The notes under the pieces: generated by a model | The model's database searches: none | What the model saw: the letters and a program-made list of their open reading frames with translations, nothing else | Told to the model about the DNA's origin: nothing | Made by a program: the position numbers and the translations under genes | Origin: Marsupella aquatica | Lineage: Eukaryota; Plantae; Marchantiophyta | Reading direction: 5' to 3' | Length of the DNA: 64,000 nucleotides | Assembly (NCBI GenBank): GCA_973895155.1 | Contig: OZ316896.1 | Span: 19,022,754 to 19,086,753 of the forward strand | Shown: in pieces, positions 63,841 to 64,000 of the stretch | How the letters are laid out: each line of letters begins with the position of its first letter | Numbering within the stretch: position 1 is the stretch's first letter

Positions 63841-64000
63841 GCCACCAACAGAGACAAGCTTAGCTCAGCTTATAACCAAAAGCTTATGCGACAAAGCACT
63901 ATCAAACTTCAGACACAACCCTTTATCATATTCAGATTAGATTTCATGCATTGCAAGAAGTAAACGCTCCGAAAGAACAATGCAGACAACGCGCGAGTCG

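Overview
Eukaryotic nuclear DNA from a land plant; a non-seed plant is likely but unproven. Intron-containing host genes are squalene synthase (13 exons), a HAD-IIIB acid phosphatase, a double SRPBCC/polyketide-cyclase protein, Y3IP1/CEST and the 3' part of a cytosolic ascorbate peroxidase; MZT1/GIP1 is single-exon. Between them is a diverse set of mobile DNA. (i) A ~5 kb HUH-endonuclease (Replitron-type) transposon has an intact Rep ORF, 7-bp TATAGCA terminal direct repeats and an overlapping upstream ORF with a SWIM-like motif; a ~485-bp non-autonomous relative with a perfect terminal hairpin lies elsewhere in the window. (ii) A 5.8 kb pogo-type DNA transposon (TIRs, TA TSD) has a degenerate OTU-like C-terminal domain on its transposase and carries a BRCT ORF and a captured NAA30/MAK3 exon. 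(iii) A near-intact CRE-like non-LTR retrotransposon has a restriction-like endonuclease. (iv) Also present are non-autonomous Helitron-like elements, a MULE-type MITE, a solo LTR and many tandem repeats. All calls come from reading the sequence by eye; no database search was run, and some boundaries are approximate.
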